Origin: a virus
IMG/VR virus record: IMGVR_UViG_3300023109_003296
Span: 1 to 64,000 of that record
Direction: 5' to 3' (one strand)
Length of the DNA stretch: 64,000 bases
The translations under genes were made by a program, and so were the position numbers. The notes beneath the pieces are model-generated. The model was not told where the DNA came from, did not search any database, and saw only the letters and a list, made by a program, of their open reading frames with translations. Within the stretch, counting starts at the first letter, position 1, and every line of letters begins with the position of its first letter. Below, one piece after another: positions 46,553-57,651 of this stretch.

Positions 46553-48135
46553 GGATTGGTCGTTGTCACTGAAGTTAAACTAGTACAGCCTTGGAAAGCA
46601 CCTTGAGATATAGAAAGCAAATTAGCATCAATGACAAGAGATTCCAAATCATCGCAATTCCTGAAAGCTTTATTACCCATACCTGTAATGTTTTGCGGTA
46701 TGAAAAGTTGTCCAGTTATTTCTAAGTGTTCAAAGGAACTTTCACCTATTGTATCTACTAAACCTCCAAATGCTATTGACCTTAAATTATCATGTGGACC
46801 ATAAATTGGATTTTGAGGGTAAGGTGGATTAATAGGATTATTCATTTTCCAATTATATGGTATTGTAGTATCGAAAGTATAATCGATGATAACATTGCTT
46901 GGCCCAGAGAAGATTCCTGAAGCTGATTCTGCATTTCCATCATACCCATCATAACCATATACTCTGGTTGGTACCTGATCACTTACAGGGCAAGCTTCTT
47001 TTGGTCTATATCTCGACTGAGCATCACATATAATACCTACAGAAACATCTTCAGAGTCTCCTATATCAACTTCAAAAACCAGATCTACAGACTTACTAGG
47101 GCCTATATTAGAAGAAAAATTCTCTGACAAAAGAACTGGTTTTATAAGAGTCCACTTTATTGCATTTTGGTTTTCACAGTCATTTGCTGAAATTGATATT
47201 CTATTACCAAAACCTCCCTCATGACACCTCCTCATTGATTGTGCTAGATCTACAGTTTCAATATTTGACAGTATGGCATTTACGGATAAAGTAGCTCTTA
47301 TTGGATATTCTACAACTCTAGCATATACTCCCTTTGTACCTAAACGTCTTAATTCCTCTCTTGGCATAGGAATTGATAGGTTTGCACTTTGAAGGTGAAA
47401 AGAACCATTGCCACTTGTTTTAGATATAGATTCACCACTTATAACACCATCCAAACCTTCAAAAGTTAAAGTTATATCTCGAGGTTTCAATGCAGTTGGA
47501 CCGCCCTGCCCAGTATTATATGGAGGACATAGTGTAGCCCTGTAACCATCTTCTGAGTATGGTCTAGCGTTTTCCATATTAATAGAGGGTACATCTGCGT
47601 AAATATCAGTTCCCCAAGTACCCTCCCCACTTACAACGGTATTTATACAGTTTATATTTGAACCTTCGCAAGATACATTTACAGTAGGTAAAGATCCAAC
47701 GGAAAGGTCCACGGAATAGTTAGTAATAAAAACATTTCCAATTCCCATGATACTTATATCATCCCCATAATCTAAATCAACGGAATCCAAGCCCTCATCA
47801 GAAGTCAAAATATACAAATTAAAACCATTATTATCTTCTATGTGTTTTTTCGAAAACTGGAATGATTCTTCGACATTAAAACCCAAAGCTTTTTCGTTTT
47901 GTCCGTCACTCAAATAATAAGAAAAATCAAAATTAACTGTAGGCAAATCAAGTATAGAGTCAATTCTAGAAGAGAGACCATACTGATTCACATCAGTTTT
48001 ATTCATAGTAAAGCCATAATTACTACTTTGAATTCTTATCAACTCACAGTGATTCAAATTAGAGGTAGAAAATATGTCATCACTAACATAAATCGACTCT
48101 GATTGATAGATTACCCTGTTTCTTGATTTCTTCAT
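46549..48135 (-). CDS. Tail-tube-like protein with C-terminal BspA LRRs
   Basis: RNRVIYQS...RIQSSNYGF...IGNVFITNYSVDLSVGSLPTV N-domain shared with 48132..57650 and 59536..60357; LRRs in the last ~90 aa. Confidence 0.65.
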   Translation of the reverse strand: MKKSRNRVIYQSESIYVSDDIFSTSNLNHCELIRIQSSNYGFTMNKTDVNQYGLSSRIDSILDLPTVNFDFSYYLSDGQNEKALGFNVEESFQFSKKHIEDNNGFNLYILTSDEGLDSVDLDYGDDISIMGIGNVFITNYSVDLSVGSLPTVNVSCEGSNINCINTVVSGEGTWGTDIYADVPSINMENARPYSEDGYRATLCPPYNTGQGGPTALKPRDITLTFEGLDGVISGESISKTSGNGSFHLQSANLSIPMPREELRRLGTKGVYARVVEYPIRATLSVNAILSNIETVDLAQSMRRCHEGGFGNRISISANDCENQNAIKWTLIKPVLLSENFSSNIGPSKSVDLVFEVDIGDSEDVSVGIICDAQSRYRPKEACPVSDQVPTRVYGYDGYDGNAESASGIFSGPSNVIIDYTFDTTIPYNWKMNNPINPPYPQNPIYGPHDNLRSIAFGGLVDTIGESSFEHLEITGQLFIPQNITGMGNKAFRNCDDLESLVIDANLLSISQGAFQGCTSLTSVTTTNP

Positions 48136-51100
48136 GTTACTGATACTATTTGAGCGCCATTTGGTAAATTTTGTCTTCCACTAAATGTCGGATTATTATA
48201 TTCATTATATACACTACTATGTACAAAAAATTGAATATTGTTGTTTGTGCTAAGAAAATTACCTGTGCCTTCAAAAATTCCAGTTCCTACGTTTTCAGCA
48301 ATGAATACTAGCGATAAAGAGGTAGAGCTATCAAAGTTTCCTGTTCCCATTGTAGCGTTTGTATCTGTTGTATCTATATACAACTCGGTCAAGTTAGCGC
48401 AATTTTTCCAGTTAGCGTTTCCTATTGTTCCACTAAATCCAGCCCCTATCCTCAATGTTTGAATCCCCAAAGAATCTTGAAAGTTCGAATGATTCATTGA
48501 TTCTAAAGTGCTAGGTACTACAAACGGCTGAGTATCGAAAACCAGGTTTCCAAACTTGCGAGATCCCATCCAGTTATAATTACCTATTGTTTTTAAGGTC
48601 GATGGAAACACAACATCGTCTACTGTAGCATCTCTCCAGTTACCATAATCCATGCTAATAAGACCCTCTGGCAAATCACAACTGCGAAGAGCATTCGAAA
48701 ATCTAAAGTTTTCATAAGTCATTGTTTCTAATGAATTATTTGGAATATAAACTCCGCTCAATTTGGGGCAAGAATAAAAATTCCTATCTTCCCATGTAGT
48801 GGCATTAGGAGCAATTTTAACTTCTTCTAATTGAGGGCATTCTTTAAAATCTTCATTCAGGTGTCCAGTGAAGCTTGTGCATTGAGAAAAATCAATACCT
48901 GTTAAATTTGACTTATAAAAAGTGTTTCCATAAAAACCGTTCCGTTCATTGTCAAGCATACCTATCTTTTCTAAGCTGCTAGGAAGAACTATTCCACTAA
49001 TGTCAGCTTCATAAAATGCTCTATAACTAATAGTATCAACTGAATTTGGAAGTGTAAATGGTAAATTTCCAACCCATGCACCTTCAAATGCACTTTGATG
49101 TATTCTTTCTAAAACAAAAGTATTAAATGTAAAACCAGTTATCCTAGCGTCTTCAAATGACGAGTAGTCCATGACTGTAGTATTAGCCCTCCAATCCAAA
49201 TTGTTTATTATCGATTCTTGTAGGACACTGTAACCAACATTCGTAATACTGGAACAAATTTCTAAAGTATCAATACTTGTGCACTGTCTAAATGCTCTAT
49301 CTCCAAGTGTTTGCAGTTGAGAGTTGCATAGAAATATATCTGTTAAATTAGGATTTTCTCTAAAAGCATAAGCTCCTATAAAATCAACATCTGTTGACCT
49401 AATATCAATTTCTGTAAGACCGCAATTATCAAAAGCTCCATATCCAATACTTGTCATTGCTCCATTATTAGGAAAAGTAACACCAGTTAATTTAGTACAA
49501 CCCTGAAACATCTTCGGGGCGACGGTTGTTATAATGTCTGGGTTTTGCCAAACAACAGACTCAAGATATGGCATGTCTGCAAAAGTAGAATAATAACCAG
49601 GATCAAGTCCAATTTTTGGTAAATTTAACACTCCAGAATGTTTGTTGTATTGAAAGCCTTGATACCATAATCTTTGAGGATTAGCAGTGCTAGGCGAACC
49701 AAAACTAACTTCATTAATTACAGAAGAAAAATCAAGAGTCCAATCAGAATTGTAAAACGCCTGTGTCTTAACTTCTCTTAATCCAGAATCAAAAACCCAA
49801 GTCCTATTGGCTCCTGATCCAGTTTGACGAAAGTTGCTAAAGCATCCAGTTTCAAAAACTTCAAAATTGATATCTGTTAAGTAAAGATTGTTAACTTTGG
49901 CAGAAGCTAGAATCTTTTCATTCATTGTTTTTGAATACTGAGGTCTTGATGGGTCTCCAGACCAATAAAAGTCTTTTGATTCAATTCCATAAAATGCACC
50001 AGTTCCCAAACCAGAAACCCCAGCATGCAAGTAAAAGTCAGCGTCCCTCATATATACATAGTAGAAAGCTGCCTCGCCTATCTCTTCTACACCGCTAGGT
50101 ATTATTAAATCAACTTGTAATCCACTATATCCGTTGGAATGGAATTGTCCAATAGGAGGATCACGATAGTAATCCCTACTACCTGCGTCATAATTAGAAG
50201 CTTCATAGAAGGTGCGATTTTCTATTCTTTTTAATTTGGAACCTGATTGGAATTCAATTCCAGTAAGAAATGCACATTGTTCAAACGCACCTTCACCTAG
50301 ATACTCCACTGAATTTGGTATTAAAATATTACCAAACTTATGTCTTTTAAAAGCATCATCAAAGTTTTCACAATTTTTATAAAAAGCGTAATCACCAATT
50401 CCAGTTAATCCTCCGTCAAGATCAAAAGTTCCACTATTTATAAAATGCTTGCGCATATCGTAAAACATGGAATTTTGTATGTAAAATGCATTTTTAATGT
50501 CTAATCCTGAAGTGTAAAATATATTTTTAAATATATCAACTCCACCATCACTTATATCCCATCCAGAAGGAAGTATTATTTTATCTGGATGCTGCCCATC
50601 TGGAGATTTGCCTATTCCTTGAAATGCTCTCGAACCTAGATATACATCTTGTGGTACATCAATAACATATCCGTCGTTATCATTTTCAATTCCACGAAAT
50701 ATTAAACAATCTCTAAAAGCATCTTTTCCAATCCCAGAAAGGTTATTCCATGACGTAAAACCTCTCAAAAATTCGCAGCTTCGGAAAGCTCCATCATTTA
50801 TAAGCTGTAAAGACTCAGGCATATTAACATAATCCCTTATCGATGATTGCCTGAAAGCATCAATCCCCAAATATTCTAAAGATTGTGGAAGAGTGATTGA
50901 ACTATTTATGTTGTCGCAATCAAAGAACGCTCGATAATTAATTCCACTTAATCCTTCACCAAATTGAATACCTGGCATATTGGCGCTCGTAAATGCTTGT
51001 TGACCTATATATTCCATGTTTTCTGGTAAAACAAGATTAAAAGCGTAATGACTGATCTGAGCGAACGCCTGAAGTTCTATTCTTTTTAGAGAATTTCCTG

Positions 51101-54100
51101 CAAAACTTATTCCTGGGCAACTCGTTAATCCATAAAATGAATAAGGCTGAATAGTTTCTAAAAGTGGCGGCATTTCTATCGGTTCATTTACATTTTCCGT
51201 AGAATAAAAAGCATAAGGCTCAATATCAGTAAGACCTGCCCCCAAGCTTATTTCCTGAAGTCCATTACAGTCATAAAATGCAGCATAACCAATATTAAAC
51301 ACAGAATTAGGTATAATAAGAGGACCTTGAAGCTGCCTACAACTAAAAAAAGCATAATCACCTATACCATCTACAACGACCCCCAAGTCTAACCATGCAT
51401 ATTTAACATCTGTTCCCGAAATATAGCCTTTTTTATTAGTGTCAATATAGTTTCCGTTAGCATTAAAAGGCACTTCTGTCCGAGGATAAGTCCGTAGACT
51501 GCCGTCAGCCCATCTAGTGGGTATTGAATAAGGCTGATTATTTTGAGCCTGAATGACTTCAAAGACTTCGGTTCTCTGATCATTCTTATCATTTATTCCA
51601 GGACCTAACCTTTGGTTAGTTGGTGTCGTGGCATCGTTGTTAATATAAAAAGTAGTGTTAGGATTTCCTACACCGCTAATTTGTATACCTTGAAAGTATG
51701 GTTTTCCGTTTATTAGTGTTGATTCAGCTAAATAATCATTATAGGTCAATGGTCCAACTTCAAAAATTCCACCTACTCCAGCAAATGCATCTTCCCCAAC
51801 AAAAGCATCAACTGGTAAAGTTTGAGTTAATACTCCACTTATTCCAGTGCAACCACTAAATGCATGAGATTCTATTCTCAACAAAAAGGATTTATCTAAA
51901 TTAATAATTCCCTCAAGACCAGTGCATCCTTGAAAAGCACCACTTCCAATCTCTTCTATAAGTGCAGGAATTTCAATTTCACTCGTTAAATTTCTACATT
52001 CAGCAAAAGCTCTCTCCCCTATAATCCTTAAACTATCTGAAATAATTAAGTCGCCATCAAAGCTAGAACAATTTTCAAACGCATAATTTCGGACATTTGA
52101 AACATTATAAGGTATAGTTAAATCACCAATAAGATTCGAATTGTTTCGGAAAGCGCCAGATCCTAAATATGAAGTTGTTCCAGGCAAATATAAATTACCA
52201 GTCAGATTGTAATTATCAAAAGCATTATCTCCTATGGTGGTAAATGGAGAAGTGTCAAACTCAAATTTTAAACCTATTGCAAAAGATTGAAAAGTATCAT
52301 AATCCTCATCAACTATAGCAACGGTTCCAGAGGGGACAAGAATGTTTGCAAAGTTTGTATTAAAGAAAGCATCGTTTCCAATAAACACTCCAGGCTTTAA
52401 TCTCAGGTCGCAATTTAAAGATGAGCAGTTATAAAAAGCCTCTTCCTCTATCAAATTTATATTTTCTGGTATTTTAAATACCCCATCATCATAACACTTT
52501 AAACTTGAACAATTCTTAAATATTCCCTTGGGTATTTGATCGACTCCACTCCCCAATATCAAAAACCCATCTAAAGAACTCATGTCCAAGAAGGCATATT
52601 CCCCCCAACTAGTAACTCTATCTGGTATACACAAATTACCAGTTAAATTTGAATTCCCTGCAAAAGCATAATCTCCGAAAACATCTAAAGAGCTTATTGT
52701 CACTACAAAAATATCTTCTAGTTCCCCATCGTCGTATACAACCTCAGTCAAATTACCAGAAAAACCAAATTCTAAATCTTCTGGCAATATGCAAAGCCTA
52801 AATTCACCATCTAAACTTGACATGTTATGAAATGCACTATGTCCGACTGCGTATGTTGTTTCTGGTATTTTTAAGTCGCCAGAAAGATTGCTGCATCCAG
52901 AGAAAGCATAATTTCCTATAGTTTCATTCAATAAAGGATCAATTGAAAACTCACCATTAAAATCCGTGCATTCTGCAAAAGCAGCATAACCAACATTTAG
53001 ACTAGGAATGTGAAGATCCCCAGTAAAGGAATTACCAGAAAAAGCATAGGCTCCAATTGTTTCTGAGTTTTCGTTTATAGTTAATTTGTTTTCAAATGAA
53101 TAATTTTCTACAAATGCATTTGCTCCTAAGGAGGAAGCAGAATTTGCTAAATATAAATCTCCCACCCAAAACTCAAAAGTGTCAAATTCAGTATCTTCTA
53201 TAAGAAAATCTGAAGAAGCTGCTCTTAATTGATAAAAATTAGTCCCATCAAAGACATTCAAATAAGAAGATATGGATCCAGCTGTAAGATCTGATATTTG
53301 CAAGTAACCATCAAGACCAGTACAATCAACAAATGCCCCGTCTCCTAAATTACTCAATAGACTCGGTATAATTAAATTTCCATTAAGACCAAAACAAGAA
53401 CGGAAAGCGTCTACTCCAACGCCTAATACCGAATCAGGTATAAACAAATCACCAATAAACCCATCACAATTCTCGAAAGCGCTGACACCAATACCAGTAA
53501 GCGAATCTGGAAGATCTATCTCACCAACAAAATTATAATTATCAAAAGCATTATCTAGTATTCCGCTAAGACCCTCTTGGAAAACAACTTCCATGCTTCT
53601 TGGCGCAAAATAATCAAATTCTCCATTGTTTATATTAGCAACAGATTCACTAACAATCAATGTAGCAAAAGGTGAATCATCAAAAGAATTAGAACCTACT
53701 AAACTCGAAGCCGTAACATTAGTGATTGTTATATCTCCACTTAAACCTATACAGCCTAAGAATGCATCTTGTTCTATGGATGTTATATAATCATGTACAA
53801 TAAGATTTCCACTTAATCCTTGGCAATTCTGAAACGTACCAGTTTTAACAGTTGTGTAGTCTTGGTTATTAGGCAGGTATATATTTCCACTCAAACTTGA
53901 ACACTCTGCAAAAGCGTATTGGCCAATACCACTTGTTATGTCCGAGAAGATCAAAGAACCATTCATACTTGAGCAATTATAAAAAGTATATTCCCCTATC
54001 TCTGTTACTGAAGTATTTAAAGTAAGAAATCCATCAACTGAGGTATTATTGTAAAAAGCTCCGTCTCCAATAAAATCTACATTTCTTAAATCTAAATCAC

Positions 54101-57100
54101 CATCTATTAAATTTAAATCATAAAAAGCATAAGGCCCTATATATGAAATATTAGAAGAAGAAAAGTCGTAAGTGCCTTCAAAATTACAACCAGAAAAAGC
54201 TGCCTGTCCTATGTAGTTTAATGAGAACGGTAATTCTAAAGATCCTATAAAAGAATAATTATCAAAAGAGTAACCAGAAATTACCTGCAGACCTTCTTGC
54301 ATTGTTAAATATAAAGGATCATCCTTGAAATAATCAAAATCCCCTTCGACAATAGTTTCTACAGAATCACTTATTATTAAGTCTGCAAACGGCAGTGGAT
54401 CATTAAAAACATCGACCCCTATATTTCTAGCTGCAATATTGGATATAGTAATACTTAGAGTCAAGCTTTCGCAACCCAAAAATGCTCTATCATCTATACC
54501 AAGAATAAAGTCAGGTATAACTAGCTCTCCCAAAAGACCAGAACAACCAAAAAACGTCTCTTCAAGAATATAATCAAATTCTCCAGCAGACAAATCAATT
54601 GTTGAGTTTAAATTTTTACAATTTTTAAATGCTCCAGAACCCAGGTAACCCACATTTCCAGGTAGCAATAAAGGCCCAGTCATTAATGAGCAGTCTTCGA
54701 AAGCATAATTACCTATGTATTCGCATTCACCTACATTTTCTAAGCCAAATTCCCCATCTAAACTTGAGCAGTTATAAAAAGCAAAATCCCCAATGTAATT
54801 GACAGGCGAGGGCAGATCCAAATCTCCAACTGCATTATTACAATTATAAAAAGCATAATCGCCTATACTAATTATATTATTACCAAGAAACAACTCTCCA
54901 GAAACACCAGTGCAATTATAGAAAGCCTCATCTTCCACAGTATAAACCTCTGAGCCTACGATGATATCACCATGTATATTACTACAGTTTTTAAAAGTTT
55001 TTCCTTTTATAACCTCTATGCCGTCCCCTATATCTAATAAATCATCAAATCCAGAACAGTTTTCGAAAACTCCACTACCTAAAGATATTACAGTGTCTGG
55101 TATTATTAGATCACCATCAAAATGACAATTATAAAAAGCATAATCTTCAATAGTCTCAACCTCTTCTGGCAACACAAAAAACCCTGTAATACCATAGCTT
55201 CCAGAAAAAGCTCCAGATCCAATATTTTTACATGTAGATCCAATAACTAAAAGAGCGTCTCTACTTTGATTTGTATACCAGTATGAAGGAATATCCCCTC
55301 TTATAAATTTTATAACTTCTGAAGTATTTGCATCATAAATAACAGTATCTAATGATCCGTAGCAAACAGGCATTCCTTGGTACAAACCAGCAGTCCCAGC
55401 GCTTAAGTAGTCGTTATAGTAAAAAGGAGAGACGAACATACACCCATTTACCCCAGAGAATGAATTACTTCCTTGAAATATCGTCACTGGAGAATTCATG
55501 TATACATCAGTAATTCCAGAGCACCCAAGGAAAGCTTGGTCTCCTATTGAGCTGACTCCACTCGGCATAGTCAAAGAGGAATTTAAAGATGCGCAATTCA
55601 TAAAAGCGTTATCTCCTATACTTTCAATACCTGAACTCAACGACAGTCTACCCTGCAAACCTGAGCACCCAGAGAAAGATGCGTCGCCAACAATATTGAC
55701 ATTAGGCAACATAAGGGAACCATTAAAAGATGAACATCCTTGAAAAGCTCCTACTTTAATTTCATTTACACTATCAGGAATAACTAAATCACCAGTCAAC
55801 GAGCTGCAATTATAAAAAGTATAATCTTCTATAGTTGTTAGTTGGTTGCTTAATGTAAGCTCTCCATTAAAACCTTCGCATTGGTAAAAAGCCTCTTTAC
55901 CTATACCAGAAATGTTATCTGGTATGGTTATTTCAAAACTTAAATTCCTAGCATTTTTAAATGTTTTTTCTTTTATCTCTTTTAAAGAGTTTCCTATATA
56001 AAGCCCCCCTATAAAACCACTGCAATTTTCGAAAGCGCTCTCTCCAAGTGTTAATGTAGTATCTGGTATATATAAACTTTGATTTAATCCAGAACAGTTG
56101 TAAAAAGCTCTTTCCCCTATACTTTGCACATCGGCCAGAAATAATGCTTCTGCGGAATCACACCCCATGAAACATTCTTCTCCTATATCTAGCACACTTG
56201 CTGGAATAAATATATTTTGCAAAGAAGAGCAATCTTTAAAACACCTTTCTCCAAAAGCTGGTATAACACATGAAGAGTCTGTGTAAAAAGAAGGTAAGTT
56301 AGAGCAACCGATAAAAACATCTTCGCCCATCGTTAATATTTGGGGCGGTAAATAAACAGGGCTATTTATATTAGTTGCATAAGCAAAAGCGCCATCAAAA
56401 ACATTGTAAGATCTTAATTCTCCAAAAGCAACTTTATATCCATTTAAATCACCAGATTGCCAATTACTAATAACATCATCCAATATGTATTCGTAAACTT
56501 TATTTTCATCATCTATAAATCTAGTAACTCCTATATCTTGTTCTGTTACAGATGTTTTAAACCCTTTGGTATCTGATATTTGAAAAGAAAATTCTAAGTT
56601 ATACTTTGTCTGTTCATTGACTAAAGTTTGATACTCAACATTTTCTAATTTTATATCTTCAAAATAAAACTGCGAACTTATTTGCTTTCTGCAATCATTA
56701 GTAATGATTCTTAAGTTTGATACTTCGTCACCATAAACCAAACCACTTATAAAACCAGCCTCCATCTGTGTTACCAAAGAAGAAATTGATAAAGTTCCTT
56801 CTATAGGGTATTCTATTTTTCTATCACAAACATAGTTGGAGCCAAGCCTATACACATTAGCCCTGTTAATAGGTATATTAACAGAAAACTCATCTATTCT
56901 ATGGCTTTGAAGATTTATCTTCTGACCACCTATAGATAGATTGTCCATTTCAAATTTAATATCGTAAGGAAGTATGGTTTCTATATCTGATCTATCAAGA
57001 TCGTATATATCCCCAAACTTTCCAGTCTCAAAATAATTAACATTACTTAAATTTATTGATCCAACGCCAATGTTATTACCTGATTTTAAGTTTATTGAGG

Positions 57101-57650
57101 GCGATTCAACCTGCTGGGAGAAATAATTTTCAATTTTTATATTAGAGCAATCAAACTCTACATCAACAGTTGGAAAAGATCCTACAGAAAAATTAACGCT
57201 ATAATTTGTTATATATGCATTGCCAATAGAAACAACCTCACCACCATTAGGAAAAGACGCTCCATTTTTTATGTATTCTGCTCCATCAAAACCTTGTTCT
57301 GGATGGTTGTAAAAATAAAAATTATTAGATACTTCAGACAAACCATTTAATATACTAAACTCTGGTTTATAATCTAAATTATAATTGAAACCAAAAAGCT
57401 CCTCGTTTGCAAAAGTAGGGGTAAAACCATAACTCATTTGCAGTGTTACATCTGGATGCCTTATTATGTTTTTTTCTTCATAAAGCTGACTTCCAATTTG
57501 CTCAACATCAGCCCTTACGTTACTAAAACCATAAGTAGCAGATCTTACACCAGCAAAAACAAATCCAGATTCAGTTGTCGTTTTGAATGATGGCGAATCG
57601 CCTATTATGACAACTGTATTTGCGCTATTTAATGTTACCCTGTTTGCCAT
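48132..57650 (-). CDS. Giant (3172 aa) tail-tube-like / BspA LRR fusion protein
   Basis: About 370-aa N-domain (IGNAYITNYSVNFSVGSFPTV) followed by about 2800 aa of BspA LRRs in three capped cassettes. Confidence 0.8.
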   Translation of the reverse strand: MANRVTLNSANTVVIIGDSPSFKTTTESGFVFAGVRSATYGFSNVRADVEQIGSQLYEEKNIIRHPDVTLQMSYGFTPTFANEELFGFNYNLDYKPEFSILNGLSEVSNNFYFYNHPEQGFDGAEYIKNGASFPNGGEVVSIGNAYITNYSVNFSVGSFPTVDVEFDCSNIKIENYFSQQVESPSINLKSGNNIGVGSINLSNVNYFETGKFGDIYDLDRSDIETILPYDIKFEMDNLSIGGQKINLQSHRIDEFSVNIPINRANVYRLGSNYVCDRKIEYPIEGTLSISSLVTQMEAGFISGLVYGDEVSNLRIITNDCRKQISSQFYFEDIKLENVEYQTLVNEQTKYNLEFSFQISDTKGFKTSVTEQDIGVTRFIDDENKVYEYILDDVISNWQSGDLNGYKVAFGELRSYNVFDGAFAYATNINSPVYLPPQILTMGEDVFIGCSNLPSFYTDSSCVIPAFGERCFKDCSSLQNIFIPASVLDIGEECFMGCDSAEALFLADVQSIGERAFYNCSGLNQSLYIPDTTLTLGESAFENCSGFIGGLYIGNSLKEIKEKTFKNARNLSFEITIPDNISGIGKEAFYQCEGFNGELTLSNQLTTIEDYTFYNCSSLTGDLVIPDSVNEIKVGAFQGCSSFNGSLMLPNVNIVGDASFSGCSGLQGRLSLSSGIESIGDNAFMNCASLNSSLTMPSGVSSIGDQAFLGCSGITDVYMNSPVTIFQGSNSFSGVNGCMFVSPFYYNDYLSAGTAGLYQGMPVCYGSLDTVIYDANTSEVIKFIRGDIPSYWYTNQSRDALLVIGSTCKNIGSGAFSGSYGITGFFVLPEEVETIEDYAFYNCHFDGDLIIPDTVISLGSGVFENCSGFDDLLDIGDGIEVIKGKTFKNCSNIHGDIIVGSEVYTVEDEAFYNCTGVSGELFLGNNIISIGDYAFYNCNNAVGDLDLPSPVNYIGDFAFYNCSSLDGEFGLENVGECEYIGNYAFEDCSLMTGPLLLPGNVGYLGSGAFKNCKNLNSTIDLSAGEFDYILEETFFGCSGLLGELVIPDFILGIDDRAFLGCESLTLSITISNIAARNIGVDVFNDPLPFADLIISDSVETIVEGDFDYFKDDPLYLTMQEGLQVISGYSFDNYSFIGSLELPFSLNYIGQAAFSGCNFEGTYDFSSSNISYIGPYAFYDLNLIDGDLDLRNVDFIGDGAFYNNTSVDGFLTLNTSVTEIGEYTFYNCSSMNGSLIFSDITSGIGQYAFAECSSLSGNIYLPNNQDYTTVKTGTFQNCQGLSGNLIVHDYITSIEQDAFLGCIGLSGDITITNVTASSLVGSNSFDDSPFATLIVSESVANINNGEFDYFAPRSMEVVFQEGLSGILDNAFDNYNFVGEIDLPDSLTGIGVSAFENCDGFIGDLFIPDSVLGVGVDAFRSCFGLNGNLIIPSLLSNLGDGAFVDCTGLDGYLQISDLTAGSISSYLNVFDGTNFYQLRAASSDFLIEDTEFDTFEFWVGDLYLANSASSLGANAFVENYSFENKLTINENSETIGAYAFSGNSFTGDLHIPSLNVGYAAFAECTDFNGEFSIDPLLNETIGNYAFSGCSNLSGDLKIPETTYAVGHSAFHNMSSLDGEFRLCILPEDLEFGFSGNLTEVVYDDGELEDIFVVTISSLDVFGDYAFAGNSNLTGNLCIPDRVTSWGEYAFLDMSSLDGFLILGSGVDQIPKGIFKNCSSLKCYDDGVFKIPENINLIEEEAFYNCSSLNCDLRLKPGVFIGNDAFFNTNFANILVPSGTVAIVDEDYDTFQSFAIGLKFEFDTSPFTTIGDNAFDNYNLTGNLYLPGTTSYLGSGAFRNNSNLIGDLTIPYNVSNVRNYAFENCSSFDGDLIISDSLRIIGERAFAECRNLTSEIEIPALIEEIGSGAFQGCTGLEGIINLDKSFLLRIESHAFSGCTGISGVLTQTLPVDAFVGEDAFAGVGGIFEVGPLTYNDYLAESTLINGKPYFQGIQISGVGNPNTTFYINNDATTPTNQRLGPGINDKNDQRTEVFEVIQAQNNQPYSIPTRWADGSLRTYPRTEVPFNANGNYIDTNKKGYISGTDVKYAWLDLGVVVDGIGDYAFFSCRQLQGPLIIPNSVFNIGYAAFYDCNGLQEISLGAGLTDIEPYAFYSTENVNEPIEMPPLLETIQPYSFYGLTSCPGISFAGNSLKRIELQAFAQISHYAFNLVLPENMEYIGQQAFTSANMPGIQFGEGLSGINYRAFFDCDNINSSITLPQSLEYLGIDAFRQSSIRDYVNMPESLQLINDGAFRSCEFLRGFTSWNNLSGIGKDAFRDCLIFRGIENDNDGYVIDVPQDVYLGSRAFQGIGKSPDGQHPDKIILPSGWDISDGGVDIFKNIFYTSGLDIKNAFYIQNSMFYDMRKHFINSGTFDLDGGLTGIGDYAFYKNCENFDDAFKRHKFGNILIPNSVEYLGEGAFEQCAFLTGIEFQSGSKLKRIENRTFYEASNYDAGSRDYYRDPPIGQFHSNGYSGLQVDLIIPSGVEEIGEAAFYYVYMRDADFYLHAGVSGLGTGAFYGIESKDFYWSGDPSRPQYSKTMNEKILASAKVNNLYLTDINFEVFETGCFSNFRQTGSGANRTWVFDSGLREVKTQAFYNSDWTLDFSSVINEVSFGSPSTANPQRLWYQGFQYNKHSGVLNLPKIGLDPGYYSTFADMPYLESVVWQNPDIITTVAPKMFQGCTKLTGVTFPNNGAMTSIGYGAFDNCGLTEIDIRSTDVDFIGAYAFRENPNLTDIFLCNSQLQTLGDRAFRQCTSIDTLEICSSITNVGYSVLQESIINNLDWRANTTVMDYSSFEDARITGFTFNTFVLERIHQSAFEGAWVGNLPFTLPNSVDTISYRAFYEADISGIVLPSSLEKIGMLDNERNGFYGNTFYKSNLTGIDFSQCTSFTGHLNEDFKECPQLEEVKIAPNATTWEDRNFYSCPKLSGVYIPNNSLETMTYENFRFSNALRSCDLPEGLISMDYGNWRDATVDDVVFPSTLKTIGNYNWMGSRKFGNLVFDTQPFVVPSTLESMNHSNFQDSLGIQTLRIGAGFSGTIGNANWKNCANLTELYIDTTDTNATMGTGNFDSSTSLSLVFIAENVGTGIFEGTGNFLSTNNNIQFFVHSSVYNEYNNPTFSGRQNLPNGAQIVSVT

Positions 57651-57651
57651 T

